A stretch of DNA of 64,000 nucleotides, from positions 17,238 to 81,237 of the forward strand of contig JAGMAD010000001.1 of assembly GCA_023130975.1 (NCBI GenBank). Direction: 5' to 3'. Each line of letters starts with the position of its first letter. The first letter of the stretch is position 1. The translations under genes were made by a program, and so were the position numbers. Shown in pieces: positions 1-9,494 of the stretch. This stretch comes from Candidatus Parcubacteria bacterium. Its GTDB lineage: Bacteria; Patescibacteriota; Minisyncoccia; Minisyncoccales; JAGMDC01. The notes under the pieces were generated by a model, which was not told where the DNA came from, ran no database searches, and saw only the letters and a program-made list of their open reading frames with translations.

Positions 1-1
1 T

Positions 2-1537
2 TTAGACCACTTAGAAAGCGGTTTTTCCCAGTTTTACAATAATTTCAATGAATTTAAGGCAATAAAAACAAAAGCGAACAAACTCAAGCAATTTATTTAT
101 AATTTCAGCTTTCGTGTTTTTAATAAAAATCAGAGAAGTATTTTAAATTTAGAAGAACTTACCAGTATTTATCACTTTCCTTTATCTCATATTGAAAGCC
201 CTCAGATTAAATGGGTTAAAACAAAAGAAGTGGCTCCACCTACTGAATTACCTTCTACGGGCCTTAATTTAATAGGCAAGGCAGTATTTCGCAGTGAAGA
301 GAAAGAGGTTTATTTTGCAACAGAAAACGACAGACGCCGCCATTGTTATATCATTGGTCAAACCGGAACTGGTAAGTCATCCTTGTTAAGAGAAATGATC
401 CGTCAGGATATAGAACAAGGCAAAGGGGTAGCTGTAATTGACCCTCACGGTGATTTAATTGAAGATACTTTAGCCAATATTCCAAAAGAAAGAGCTGAAG
501 ATGTGATTTTATTTGAGCCGTTTGATTTAGAGAGGCCTTGTGGATTAAATATGCTGGAATGGGATACGCCTGAACAAAAGGACTTTGCTGTTTCTGAAAT
601 GATTGCTATTTTTTCTAAGCTTTTTCCTCCAGAAATCATTGGTCCTATGTTTGAGCATTATATGAGGAATGCTATGTTGGCTTTAATGGCAGACAAGGAT
701 AATCCTGGCACTTTGGTGGAAATTCCCAGAATTTTCACTGATGATGATTTTATGAAGGAGCGGTTAGAAAAAGTTAAAGACCCCTTAGTCAAGCAATTCT
801 GGTTAAAAGAATGGGCTCAAACAACCGGCGAGACAAGGTCAGATATGCTTGGCTATGTTGTTTCCAAGGTTGGCAGGTTTGTTGAAAATGAAATGATGAG
901 GAATATTATCGGCCAGTCCTTTTCTGGGTTTGATTTAGCAAAGATTATGGATGAAGGAAAAATATTCTTAGCCAATTTATCAAAAGGACAAACAGGTGAA
1001 ATGAATAGTTCTTTATTGGGTTTGATTTTGGTCTCAAAAATGCAGCTTGCAGCAATGAAAAGAGGAAAAATGTCAGAAGAGCAGAGAAAAGATTTTTATT
1101 TGTATATTGATGAGTTTCAGAATTTTACTACTGACACTATTGCTACTATTTTGTCAGAGGCAAGAAAATACCGCTTGGATTTAATTTTAGCTCACCAGTT
1201 TATTCCTCAATTAACTGAGGAAATTAGAAATGCCGTAATCGGAAATGTGGGCACTATTGCTGCTTTCAGAATCGGAGCCACTGACGCTGAATTTTTGGAA
1301 AAGCAGTTTGAACCAGAATTTTCTCGCTATGATTTAGTCAACCTTGATAATTTCCAGTTTATTGTTAAGATGATGATAGAAAACAAGGTTTCTAGTCCGT
1401 TTAAGGTAAAAACCATTAAACCAATCAGTGGCAATCCAAAAATTGTAGAACCAGTTAAAAAAATCTCCAAACTAAAATACGGCAGACCGCGAGCCCTGGT
1501 GGAGAGAGAAATTATGGAAAGGTCGAAACTTTATTAA
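2..1537 (+). CDS. VirD4/TraD-like type IV secretion coupling-protein family ATPase (5' end outside window)
   Basis: Frame is open from nt 2, with no stop upstream of the tracked GTG at 230. Walker A GQTGTGKSS, Walker B LYIDEFQNF, ILAHQ motif. FtsK/HerA-superfamily T4CP-like. Confidence 0.6.
   Translation, partial: LDHLESGFSQFYNNFNEFKAIKTKANKLKQFIYNFSFRVFNKNQRSILNLEELTSIYHFPLSHIESPQIKWVKTKEVAPPTELPSTGLNLIGKAVFRSEEKEVYFATENDRRRHCYIIGQTGTGKSSLLREMIRQDIEQGKGVAVIDPHGDLIEDTLANIPKERAEDVILFEPFDLERPCGLNMLEWDTPEQKDFAVSEMIAIFSKLFPPEIIGPMFEHYMRNAMLALMADKDNPGTLVEIPRIFTDDDFMKERLEKVKDPLVKQFWLKEWAQTTGETRSDMLGYVVSKVGRFVENEMMRNIIGQSFSGFDLAKIMDEGKIFLANLSKGQTGEMNSSLLGLILVSKMQLAAMKRGKMSEEQRKDFYLYIDEFQNFTTDTIATILSEARKYRLDLILAHQFIPQLTEEIRNAVIGNVGTIAAFRIGATDAEFLEKQFEPEFSRYDLVNLDNFQFIVKMMIENKVSSPFKVKTIKPISGNPKIVEPVKKISKLKYGRPRALVEREIMERSKLY
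1465..1537 (+). repeat. Copy 1 of a 73-nt duplicated gene tail (present 3' end of the ATPase gene)
   Basis: ctccaaactaaaatacggcagacc ... gagagagaaattatggaaaggtc recurs at 2470-2542. Differences within the shared codons are synonymous (ccg cga gcc ctg gtg vs cca aga gcg tta gtg). Confidence 0.85.
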
Positions 1538-1652
1538 AGTTTAATTGTAAGATTTAGCAGTGTTGTTTGCACTTTTCTTATAAAATAAATTCAAAAATGC
1601 TTAGGAAGTATGAACAGCACTAAGATTTCTTACAGTTTAATTTACAAAAATT

Positions 1653-2396
1653 ATGAAAAGCAAAAAAGAGAAAATAAAAATAGGACATGAAGGACTTGAA
1701 CAGGAGATTTCGGAAATCAAAGAAGGCGCAATAGAAAGAGAAGAATACGCAATTGATACTGTGGAATATCTTCCAAGAAAAGAAAGGAAACAAGCAAAAG
1801 AGAGAATAGAAGTTGCAGTAAAAAAAGGTGCGTACAATGAATACAATAAATGTATTGAGAGATTAAAAAAGGGCGAGATATTTACTGAAACTTCTTTAGA
1901 CATAGGTTCGGTAGTAGAAGATAATAGAGAAAGGGCAGGAAAGATAGCAGAGATGTTTAATTTTGATCGTAGTAAAGTTCGAGAAACAGCAAAGTTAAAT
2001 CCTGATATACAATACAAACACGATATCGAAATAATTAGAAAGGGCGCAGGAGATAAAATATTCGAGACGATAATTGAAAGAACAAAATTATTGGCAAAGG
2101 ATTTTGGTTTGCCGATAGGTGAATTAGAAGCGGCGATAAAAGAAGGTGCTCCTATCAAATATAGAAAACTTTTAGAATCCATAATAGAAGATCCATTTGG
2201 AATAACAGAAGAAGGGATGGAAAACTGTAAAGAATTTGCAAGAAAATATGGTCTTGACGAAAATGAAGTTGGAAATGCATATGAAAGAGGCATTATAAGA
2301 AAAGCATCACATTCATCAGAAAAAACGAATAGCACCCTCAAAGAAGATAAAAAGGAATTAAAAAAGGTCAGAGAACAATTAAAAGGAGAACATTGA
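1653..2396 (+). CDS. Hypothetical Lys/Glu-rich repeat protein (cargo of the segment between the duplicated gene tails)
   Basis: 247-aa ORF with internal ~35-aa repeats ending in K/E-K-G-A (VAVKKGAYNEY, IIRKGAGDKIF, AAIKEGAPIKY, YERGIIRKA). No recognisable family. Confidence 0.5.
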   Translation: MKSKKEKIKIGHEGLEQEISEIKEGAIEREEYAIDTVEYLPRKERKQAKERIEVAVKKGAYNEYNKCIERLKKGEIFTETSLDIGSVVEDNRERAGKIAEMFNFDRSKVRETAKLNPDIQYKHDIEIIRKGAGDKIFETIIERTKLLAKDFGLPIGELEAAIKEGAPIKYRKLLESIIEDPFGITEEGMENCKEFARKYGLDENEVGNAYERGIIRKASHSSEKTNSTLKEDKKELKKVREQLKGEH

Positions 2397-2469
2397 TCCT
2401 AAGTTTTCTGAATTTGAATTTTTTCTAGGGGAATTTAGTTCTCACGCATTATGTGTTGGTAGAATATCA

Positions 2470-2542
2470 CTCCAAACTAAAATACGGCAGACCAAGAGCG
2501 TTAGTGGAGAGAGAAATTATGGAAAGGTCAAAATTAGGATAA
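2470..2542 (+). repeat. Copy 2 of the duplicated gene tail (orphan 3' end, encodes SKLKYGRPRALVEREIMERSKLG*)
   Basis: In-frame homologue of the ATPase C-terminus with its own stop, 25 nt upstream of the next gene (2567). Confidence 0.85.
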
Positions 2543-2566
2543 GATAAATTTTGGATTCATATTAAG

Positions 2567-3361
2567 ATGAAAAATTCATTTGAAAGACCGAAAATTGAGT
2601 ATCCTGAGAAAGGAAAAGAGGACCAAGGATATATAGAAAAATTAAGCAATTTTTTAAAAGAAATAGCTGAAAGTTTAAGAACAGAAAAAGTACCGGTGGA
2701 TGACGATTGTCGCATTGATATGGATGTTTTTAAAGATATTTATAATGTAGAGAAAGATAAGAAATCAATTCAGAGAGCTGAATCTAAATGGTTAGGGTAT
2801 GAAGATCTAAACGAAGAAGAAAAAAGAGCAGAAAAATTAAAACATACAGGAGAACAATTAGAAATGCTCGTTACAGCTATTCTTGGTAAGTTCTTAGGAA
2901 AAGATTTTATTGTTGTGCGTTCTTCTCGCTATGATGATATAAAGAATCAAATTGATAATTTAATATTAGAAAAAGAAACTGGAAACGTAATTTGCGCTTT
3001 TGATGAAGTAGGAGAGAGCAGAGGACCAAGGTTTGAAGAAAAGAAAGAAGCAATTTTAGATAAAGATAGGGAACAAGGAGGAGTTTTAAAATATGGTTTA
3101 AAAATTGAAAAAGGGGAATTAAAATTAGACCCACAAAAAAATATCCCGGTTTTCTACTTAGCTTTAAAAGAAGGGTTGATCAAAAAAGGAGTCAAAGAAT
3201 TTATTCCTTCTTCTGAAGACAAAAGTGATTTTGAAGATAAACTATTTGAGCATTTTAAGACCTCTATTTTATCTCAAATTTCTGCTTTGCTATTAGAGCT
3301 AAAATTAAATCCAGAGATAGAAAAACGTATTTCTTACTTTGAAGAAGTTTTAAAAAAATAG
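2567..3361 (+). CDS. Hypothetical protein
   Basis: 264-aa ORF in tight spacing with its neighbours. No motif I recognise. Confidence 0.5.
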   Translation: MKNSFERPKIEYPEKGKEDQGYIEKLSNFLKEIAESLRTEKVPVDDDCRIDMDVFKDIYNVEKDKKSIQRAESKWLGYEDLNEEEKRAEKLKHTGEQLEMLVTAILGKFLGKDFIVVRSSRYDDIKNQIDNLILEKETGNVICAFDEVGESRGPRFEEKKEAILDKDREQGGVLKYGLKIEKGELKLDPQKNIPVFYLALKEGLIKKGVKEFIPSSEDKSDFEDKLFEHFKTSILSQISALLLELKLNPEIEKRISYFEEVLKK

Positions 3362-3367
3362 AAAAAT

Positions 3368-5251
3368 ATGAGTAAAGGAGAAAGAAGATTAGAAAAAAAA
3401 ATTCTTAAAGAGATGCAAGAAGTGGGCAAAAAAACGGGCTGGGATGTTTCGGTTGAAAAAGTTGAAGAGGATAATGTTACAAATAAAACAAAAGAAGAAC
3501 TAAAAAGGTCGGAAAAAAAAGATGAAAATAATAATAACAAAAATATGGGAAAACAAGAAAAAGGAGAAAAAATAGCGGATAAAGAAATAAATAAAGATAG
3601 TATGTCAAAGGAAGAACAAGATGAAATACTGGAAGCGAGAAAAAAAGAAGCGGAGAAAGGAGAAGTAAAAGGAAAGAAAGAAAAAAGAGAAGTAGAAGAA
3701 GTAAAACCTGAAAAAATTACTCGTCCCTGGGAAGAAACAGCAGAAAGGGAAGAGGTTCGATTGTATGAAGAATTTACTAAAAAATTTGAATTAGAAAAGG
3801 AGAAGAAAGATCATATTGAAAAGGTACTTCAAACAGAGACAGATGAGAGAAGAATTGAATTTGCTGTAAAATGGTTTGAAGAGCATAGAGAAGAACTCGA
3901 AAAGAAAGGCATATCTTCAGAAGTCGAACTTTCAAAAGATAGAATGGCAGAGATAGCCATTGAAAAAGGTGCATTTAAGGATTTGGAAACAAATAAAAAA
4001 TATAAGAGGGATTTGGAAAATATAGAAAATATGTATGCCATGAGGAAAGATTTTGAAAAGGGAGTAGAGTGCCCGATTGAAAGCCAGTTTGCAATTTTAC
4101 ATACCTTAGACAAAAGAGCAAAGAGTATTAGAGATGAAATACAAGAAATGGAAAAAGCAGGAAAATCAGATATAGAAAAAGATGAAAAGAAAAATGAATT
4201 AGATGATTTATTAGAAGATAGAAAAGAATTGGCTGGAAAAATTAAGGGTTTAGATTTAGATAAGATAGCTGAAGAAAGAGTGGGACCCTTAGAAGGACAA
4301 GATTCTTATATTGAAAGATTAACAGATGAAAGAAAGCAAGGAGAAGAATTTTGTAAAAAGTGTAATTTAGTATTGGGCAAGGAAATGACTTTTGGAAAAT
4401 GGAAAGATATGGGTAAATTTGACAGAGACAGAATAAAAAAAGAATTTGAGGACAGTCTCGCGAAGATTAAAAAAAGATTAGAAGAAGCATATCCAAAGAA
4501 AATGATGACCGTGGACGATGAAAAGATATTGGCTTTAATGAATGCAGGATATAATGTGGAAGAAGTTAGATTAAAAGGACTTTCATTGGAAGGATTATTC
4601 GGTAGAGTTGAACTTAAAAAAACTGATGGAACAATAGAGAAAGTAAAATATAAAGAATTTTCAAAATTCGTTGAAGAAAAAGTAAGAAATTACGACCAAG
4701 CAATTGAAGACAAAGCAAAAGAAGAATTAGGAAGTGAATGGAAAGAAATGAAACGAAAGCGTGAAGAGAAAATAAAAGATGAGATAGAAAAAGAAATAAG
4801 CACTATGGTAGAATCTCCAGAAAAAGCAGCTGGAGGAATAGAGGCTTTATTTGATAGTATTAAGGGAAGGTTAATTAATGAATATTTAGAAAAAGGAACC
4901 AAAAAAGAAAGAAAAACTGCTGAGGAAATAGAAGAATTAAAAGAATATGAAAAAAAAGGAAAGATAAAAGATCCTTATAGGTTTATGTCCGAGGTTATTG
5001 AAAGAAAAAAAGGCCTTGATAAAATAAGCGGTGATATGGAAGAGGACCCTGGTTTTATTGAAGAATATCTTAAAAATAGCCAAAACATAGAAACATCTGA
5101 AGATGACATTATACGTTTTATTGAAAGTCAAGAAAAGCAGGGGATAAATTTAGGAGAAATAGTAAAATCAGAAAAGGGACTTTGGGATTATTTTGAAGAA
5201 TTAGTAGCATATGTTTTAGGGCTTGAAAAAAAAGAAGAAAATAAAGAATAA
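3368..5251 (+). CDS. Hypothetical large Lys/Glu-rich coiled-coil-like protein
   Basis: 627-aa ORF with extreme K/E content. Contains AEIAIEKGAFKD, resembling the KGA repeats of ORF 1653-2396. Antisense ORFs here are low-complexity mirrors. Confidence 0.55.
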   Translation: MSKGERRLEKKILKEMQEVGKKTGWDVSVEKVEEDNVTNKTKEELKRSEKKDENNNNKNMGKQEKGEKIADKEINKDSMSKEEQDEILEARKKEAEKGEVKGKKEKREVEEVKPEKITRPWEETAEREEVRLYEEFTKKFELEKEKKDHIEKVLQTETDERRIEFAVKWFEEHREELEKKGISSEVELSKDRMAEIAIEKGAFKDLETNKKYKRDLENIENMYAMRKDFEKGVECPIESQFAILHTLDKRAKSIRDEIQEMEKAGKSDIEKDEKKNELDDLLEDRKELAGKIKGLDLDKIAEERVGPLEGQDSYIERLTDERKQGEEFCKKCNLVLGKEMTFGKWKDMGKFDRDRIKKEFEDSLAKIKKRLEEAYPKKMMTVDDEKILALMNAGYNVEEVRLKGLSLEGLFGRVELKKTDGTIEKVKYKEFSKFVEEKVRNYDQAIEDKAKEELGSEWKEMKRKREEKIKDEIEKEISTMVESPEKAAGGIEALFDSIKGRLINEYLEKGTKKERKTAEEIEELKEYEKKGKIKDPYRFMSEVIERKKGLDKISGDMEEDPGFIEEYLKNSQNIETSEDDIIRFIESQEKQGINLGEIVKSEKGLWDYFEELVAYVLGLEKKEENKE

Positions 5252-5253
5252 AT

Positions 5254-5466
5254 ATGATTAATCCATTTATTACTAATCCAGCATTAAGAGGCCTTATTAA
5301 GAAACTCAAGATTGATTCAGAAAGAAAGACCGCTTTACTTGAAAAGCTTCCCCGATTGGATGAAGAAGAAAGATTAAAACTATTTGAGACCTTAAAAAAG
5401 ATATTTCTTTTAGATTTAGAGGAAAAACGCGCGATAGAAAGAATCAAAAAATACTGGAAAAAATAA
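5254..5466 (+). CDS. Hypothetical small protein
   Basis: 70-aa ORF starting 2 nt after the previous stop. Confidence 0.4.
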   Translation: MINPFITNPALRGLIKKLKIDSERKTALLEKLPRLDEEERLKLFETLKKIFLLDLEEKRAIERIKKYWKK

Positions 5467-5502
5467 GTTTTTTATTAAATTACTATTAAGATTGTTTTCA
5501 TA

Positions 5503-6549
5503 ATGGCTGATTTGTTTTTTGTTTTAATAATAGTTTTAGTTGTAAGTGGGGGAGTGATACTCTCGGTTTTTTTGATTAGAAAAGAACTAAGGTTATTAAA
5601 AGAAAGAAAAGAAGATGAGCCGGTTTTAACTTTGTTTCAGCAGGAATTAAAAGAAATTCGTGACGAAATAAGAAAATCTGGGGATAAAAGCATGGAATCT
5701 CTTCAAAGCCAATTAAAAGAAAGCAGCAAAATTGTTAAAGATGTTACGAGTCAGTTGGAAAAAATCCACAGCGACCACAAGCATGTTTTGGATGTAAAAT
5801 CCCAATTAGGGAAACTAACAGATGTATTGGCTAATCCAAAGCAAAGGGGAATTCTAGGCGAGTATTTTTTAGAAACCCTATTAAAAAATGTTTTTCAGCC
5901 AAATCAATACAAGCTCCAGTATCAATTTAAAGATGGTGAAATTGTTGACGCAGTAATTTTTATAAAAGACAAAATTGTTCCAATTGATTCCAAATTTTCT
6001 TTGGAAAATTATAATAAAATTTTAGAAGAGAAAGAACCGGCCCAAAGAGAAAAATTGGAAAAAGTATTTAAGCAGGATTTAAAAACCAGAATTGAAGAAA
6101 CAGCTAAATATATTAGGCAAGACGAAGGAACAATGGATTTCGCTTTTATGTTTATACCGTCGGAGGGCATCTATTACGACTTGCTCATTAATCAAATTGG
6201 TGCTATAAAGATAACTACCTATGATTTAATTGAATACGCCTTTAAAGAAAAGCATGTAATTATTGTTTCTCCAACTTCTTTTTACGCTTATTTACAAACC
6301 GTGCTTCAGGGTTTGCGCGCCTTACAGATAGAAGAATCAGCCAAGCAAATTAGAAAGCAAGTAGAAAAACTTCAAAAACATTTATTAAATTATGACAGTT
6401 TTTTACAAAAACTGGGAAACAATCTTAATACCACAGTCAATACTTATAATCAGGCCTACAAAGAATTTGCTAAAATAGATAAAGATGTGGCTCAATTAAC
6501 AGAAGGAGAAAAAACCATTAAACCATTAGAAATAGAGAAAACAGAGTAA
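5503..6549 (+). CDS. rmuC: DNA recombination protein RmuC
   Basis: N-terminal TM helix, long coiled coil, then a RmuC nuclease-like core (RGILGEYFLETLL, DAVIFIKDKIVPIDSKFSLENY, FMFIPSEGIY). Confidence 0.85.
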   Translation: MADLFFVLIIVLVVSGGVILSVFLIRKELRLLKERKEDEPVLTLFQQELKEIRDEIRKSGDKSMESLQSQLKESSKIVKDVTSQLEKIHSDHKHVLDVKSQLGKLTDVLANPKQRGILGEYFLETLLKNVFQPNQYKLQYQFKDGEIVDAVIFIKDKIVPIDSKFSLENYNKILEEKEPAQREKLEKVFKQDLKTRIEETAKYIRQDEGTMDFAFMFIPSEGIYYDLLINQIGAIKITTYDLIEYAFKEKHVIIVSPTSFYAYLQTVLQGLRALQIEESAKQIRKQVEKLQKHLLNYDSFLQKLGNNLNTTVNTYNQAYKEFAKIDKDVAQLTEGEKTIKPLEIEKTE

Positions 6550-6551
6550 TT

Positions 6552-6863
6552 ATGTTTGCAGTAATTAAAACTGGTGGAAAACAGTATATTGTTGAGCCAG
6601 GAACTAAACTAAAAATAGAGAAACTTGATACAAAAGAGGAAAAAGAGATAAAATTTTCCGAAGTTTTACTTTTAGAGAAGAATAAAAAGTTGGAAATTGG
6701 AACACCTTTTATTAAAGGAGCTAAAGTTATTGGAAAGGTTTTAAAACAGGACAAAGCAAAAAAAGTAATTATTTTTAAATACAAGGCAAAAAAAAGATAT
6801 AGAAAAAAAACCGGCCATCGCCAGCCATTCACTGAAATAGAGATAACAAAAATTGAGGCATAA
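6552..6863 (+). CDS. rplU: 50S ribosomal protein L21
   Basis: MFAVIKTGGKQYIVEPG ... HRQPFTEIEI, the canonical L21 signature. Confidence 0.95.
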   Translation: MFAVIKTGGKQYIVEPGTKLKIEKLDTKEEKEIKFSEVLLLEKNKKLEIGTPFIKGAKVIGKVLKQDKAKKVIIFKYKAKKRYRKKTGHRQPFTEIEITKIEA

Positions 6864-6884
6864 ACAAAAAATAGTAATAACAAA

Positions 6885-6914
6885 AACAGCGGAGATTGTA
6901 TTTCCGCTGTTTTG
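6885..6914 (+). terminator. Intrinsic terminator after rplU
   Basis: aacagcgga-gattgtatt-tccgctgtt hairpin followed by a T run. Confidence 0.7.
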
Positions 6915-7064
6915 CTATTGACAAATAGTTCCATATATGTTATGTTTTAAGTATAAAATAGTTCTTTGAAATAAATATATAAAAGGAAGGGAAAAGAAAT
7001 TCACCTCCTCTTTAGCTAATTAAAAATTACAATAAGTTGGTTAAAGAGGGGGTGATGAAAAAAG

Positions 7065-7340
7065 ATGGTTGTTAAAAAAACAAAACTCTTGAGAAGAGAT
7101 CGATGGGAAGGTGACGAGAGAAGTACTAATGGTACAGTGTACGTAGATTTTGGAAACGGACAATATATTGAACTCATTCAAGGGAAAATGGCAAAAAGAT
7201 TTGATCATTTTTCCAGAGACGAAAGAAATAAAGTAATAGCTGACGTAGAAAAACAGATAGATGATCTTGGGCCGGGTAATTGTCCACCTGTGTATAGACA
7301 TCTGTTGTACGAGTTGAAACATGGAAAACCACCAAAATAG
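7065..7340 (+). CDS. Hypothetical small protein (purine-rich accessory mini-gene)
   Basis: 91-aa ORF with SD agagggggtg 10 nt upstream. Own promoter TTGACA-17-TATGTT at about 6919-6947. Composition differs from the neighbours. Confidence 0.5.
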   Translation: MVVKKTKLLRRDRWEGDERSTNGTVYVDFGNGQYIELIQGKMAKRFDHFSRDERNKVIADVEKQIDDLGPGNCPPVYRHLLYELKHGKPPK

Positions 7341-7444
7341 GTGATTTGCTATATCTGCAATAATAGACAAAAAATTTCCCTTCCTTTTTTTCTTTTTTCT
7401 AATTCATAAAAGTTTGTGGGTTAGAAAAAGGAAGAATTAATTTG

Positions 7445-7476
7445 TCACAAAATCCAGCGATTGCTGGATTTTGTGA
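7445..7476. terminator. Perfect 14-bp hairpin between the mini-gene and recR (possible bidirectional terminator)
   Basis: tcacaaaatccagc-gatt-gctggattttgtga. Flanking U runs are weak. Confidence 0.5.
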
Positions 7477-7477
7477 T

Positions 7478-8125
7478 TTATCTCCGGGTTTCTAAGGCAG
7501 AAGATAGAGTTTCCTCGTCAGCGTATTCCAATTCACCACCTACGGGCAATCCACGACCCAGCCGCGTCATCTCCTTGCCAAGCGGCTTTAATAACCTTTC
7601 TAAATATAAAGCAGTGGCTTCGCCTTCAGTCGTAGGATTAAAAGCAATAATGATTTCTTGAAAATCAGCTCCAGAAAGACCAAATTTTTCTGGATTTTTT
7701 ATTCTTTCAACAAGTTCTTCAGCTCTTAATTTTTTGAGAGCGTCTCTTTTGAGTTTAGAAACAGTTCCGCCTAAGATAAAGTAAAGACCCTGATATTTTT
7801 TAGTTTTTTCAAGAGTAATTAAATCAGTTTCTTTTTCAACAATACAAAGCAGGTTTCTATTCCTGGTCTTGTTTTGGCAAATCGGGCAAAGAGTTCCTTC
7901 AGTATTTGTTGCTTCAAAAGGATTAAAGCAAAAAGAGCAAATTTTTATGCTCTTTTTCAGATTGGAAATAGAATCTAAGATTTTTTTTATTTCTTCTTCC
8001 GGCAGCCGCATTAAATAAAAAACAAAACGAGCCGCGGTTCTGGGACCCACAGTCGGAAAACGGGAAAATATATCAATAAGTTTTTGGATGGATGGAGGAT
8101 AATTATTCATACTCGGATTCGCCAA
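7478..8125 (-). CDS. recR: Recombination protein RecR
   Basis: FPTVGPRTAARFVFYL HhH motif, C4 zinc finger (CSFCFN...CPICQN), Toprim region. Confidence 0.95.
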   Translation of the reverse strand: MANPSMNNYPPSIQKLIDIFSRFPTVGPRTAARFVFYLMRLPEEEIKKILDSISNLKKSIKICSFCFNPFEATNTEGTLCPICQNKTRNRNLLCIVEKETDLITLEKTKKYQGLYFILGGTVSKLKRDALKKLRAEELVERIKNPEKFGLSGADFQEIIIAFNPTTEGEATALYLERLLKPLGKEMTRLGRGLPVGGELEYADEETLSSALETRR

Positions 8126-9494
8126 GTTCTTCTTTTTCTGATTTTTCTAAGTTTCTAAAACTGACCCTTTGCTCGTCAAAATAAAGCTCAACCTTACCTG
8201 GCGGACCATTACGATGCTTGGCAATAATAATATCAGCAATGTTTTTTCGCGCAGTATCAGGCCTGTATTTATCTTCCCGATGGATAAACAATACTACATC
8301 CGCATCCTGCTCGATGGCTCCGGTTTCGCGAAGGTCTGATAAACGAGGAATTTGAGGAGAACGTTGCTCAACTGCTCTGGATAACTGGGATAGAGCCAAA
8401 ACTGGAATTTCTAATTCTCGAGCTAATCCTTTTAAAGAACGGGAGATTTCAGTCATTTGTTGAACCATAGTCACATTTATATTTCTTGGCTCCATAAGCT
8501 GGAGGTAATCAACAATAATCAAGCCCAGCCCTTTGTCTGCCTGTAAACGTCTGGCCATGGCTCTCATTTGAAGAATATTAGAAGTGGCAGCGTCATCAAT
8601 AAAAATAGGTGCTTCAGATAGAACTCCTAATGATTGCTGGATTCTGGAAAAGTCATTATCTTCCCCCTGACTGGAGAGACGGCCGGTTCTAAAACGCCAT
8701 AAATCAACATTGGCTGTGCTGGCGATTATTCTGTCTACCACCTGGTCTTTGGACATTTCTAAACTGAATATTCCTACTGGAATTTTATGGTGAAGAGCAG
8801 CATAGCGGGCAATATCCAAAGCCAAGCTTGATTTTCCTAAAGATGGCCTGGAAGCCAAAATAATCAGGTCAGATTTTTGAAGCCCAGCCAATTTGTTGTC
8901 TAAATCAATAAAGCCGGTAGGCACCCCTCTAATTCCGCTTTTTTGTTTTGAAAGAGCATCTATTCTTTCAAATGCTTCTTCTAAAGTATCTTTTACTTGC
9001 ACAAAGTTTTGAGAAAGTGATTTTTGGGCAATGCTAAAAATTCTTTTTTCGGCATTATCCAGCAAGACATCAACATCATCTGTTTCGTTATAGCCCATTA
9101 AGCCGATTTCATAAGAAGCGCTTATCAAATCTCTTAAAATTCTTTTTCTCTGGACGATACTGGCGTAATTAAAAACATGAAGGGCATTGGGAACAGAGTT
9201 TATTAATTCAGTCAAATAGCTGTTTCCTCCAATATTTTCTAATTGCTCTTTTTCCTTAAGACGGCTGGAAACAGATAGCAAATCAACCGGCTCTCTTCTT
9301 TCAAAAAGCTCTGCCATTACTTGATAAATCTGCTGATGGGTTCCTTGGTAAAAATCTTTTGACTGAATAAAATCTACCACCTTAACAATAGCGTTTTTAT
9401 CAATCATTAAAGAACCGAGCAGGGACTTTTCTGCTTCTATGTTTTGAGGCGGAAGTTTGTCCGGTAATTCATTTTTAGAAATATCTCCGTTCAT
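8103..9494 (-). CDS. dnaB: Replicative DNA helicase DnaB
   Basis: PQNIEAEKSLLGSLM N-terminal domain, Walker A SRPSLGKSS, IIVDYLQLM, RecA-like C-terminal domain. Overlaps recR by 23 nt. Confidence 0.95.
   Translation of the reverse strand: MNGDISKNELPDKLPPQNIEAEKSLLGSLMIDKNAIVKVVDFIQSKDFYQGTHQQIYQVMAELFERREPVDLLSVSSRLKEKEQLENIGGNSYLTELINSVPNALHVFNYASIVQRKRILRDLISASYEIGLMGYNETDDVDVLLDNAEKRIFSIAQKSLSQNFVQVKDTLEEAFERIDALSKQKSGIRGVPTGFIDLDNKLAGLQKSDLIILASRPSLGKSSLALDIARYAALHHKIPVGIFSLEMSKDQVVDRIIASTANVDLWRFRTGRLSSQGEDNDFSRIQQSLGVLSEAPIFIDDAATSNILQMRAMARRLQADKGLGLIIVDYLQLMEPRNINVTMVQQMTEISRSLKGLARELEIPVLALSQLSRAVEQRSPQIPRLSDLRETGAIEQDADVVLFIHREDKYRPDTARKNIADIIIAKHRNGPPGKVELYFDEQRVSFRNLEKSEKEELGESEYE

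Noticed and set aside
1637-5447. Long antisense ORFs opposite the Lys/Glu-rich genes (1637-2341, 3829-4113, 4690-4902, 5118-5447 and others).
   Set aside because: They are mirror images of AAR/GAR-rich coding sequence (Phe/Ser/Leu-rich low complexity) with no start context. They are typical shadow ORFs.
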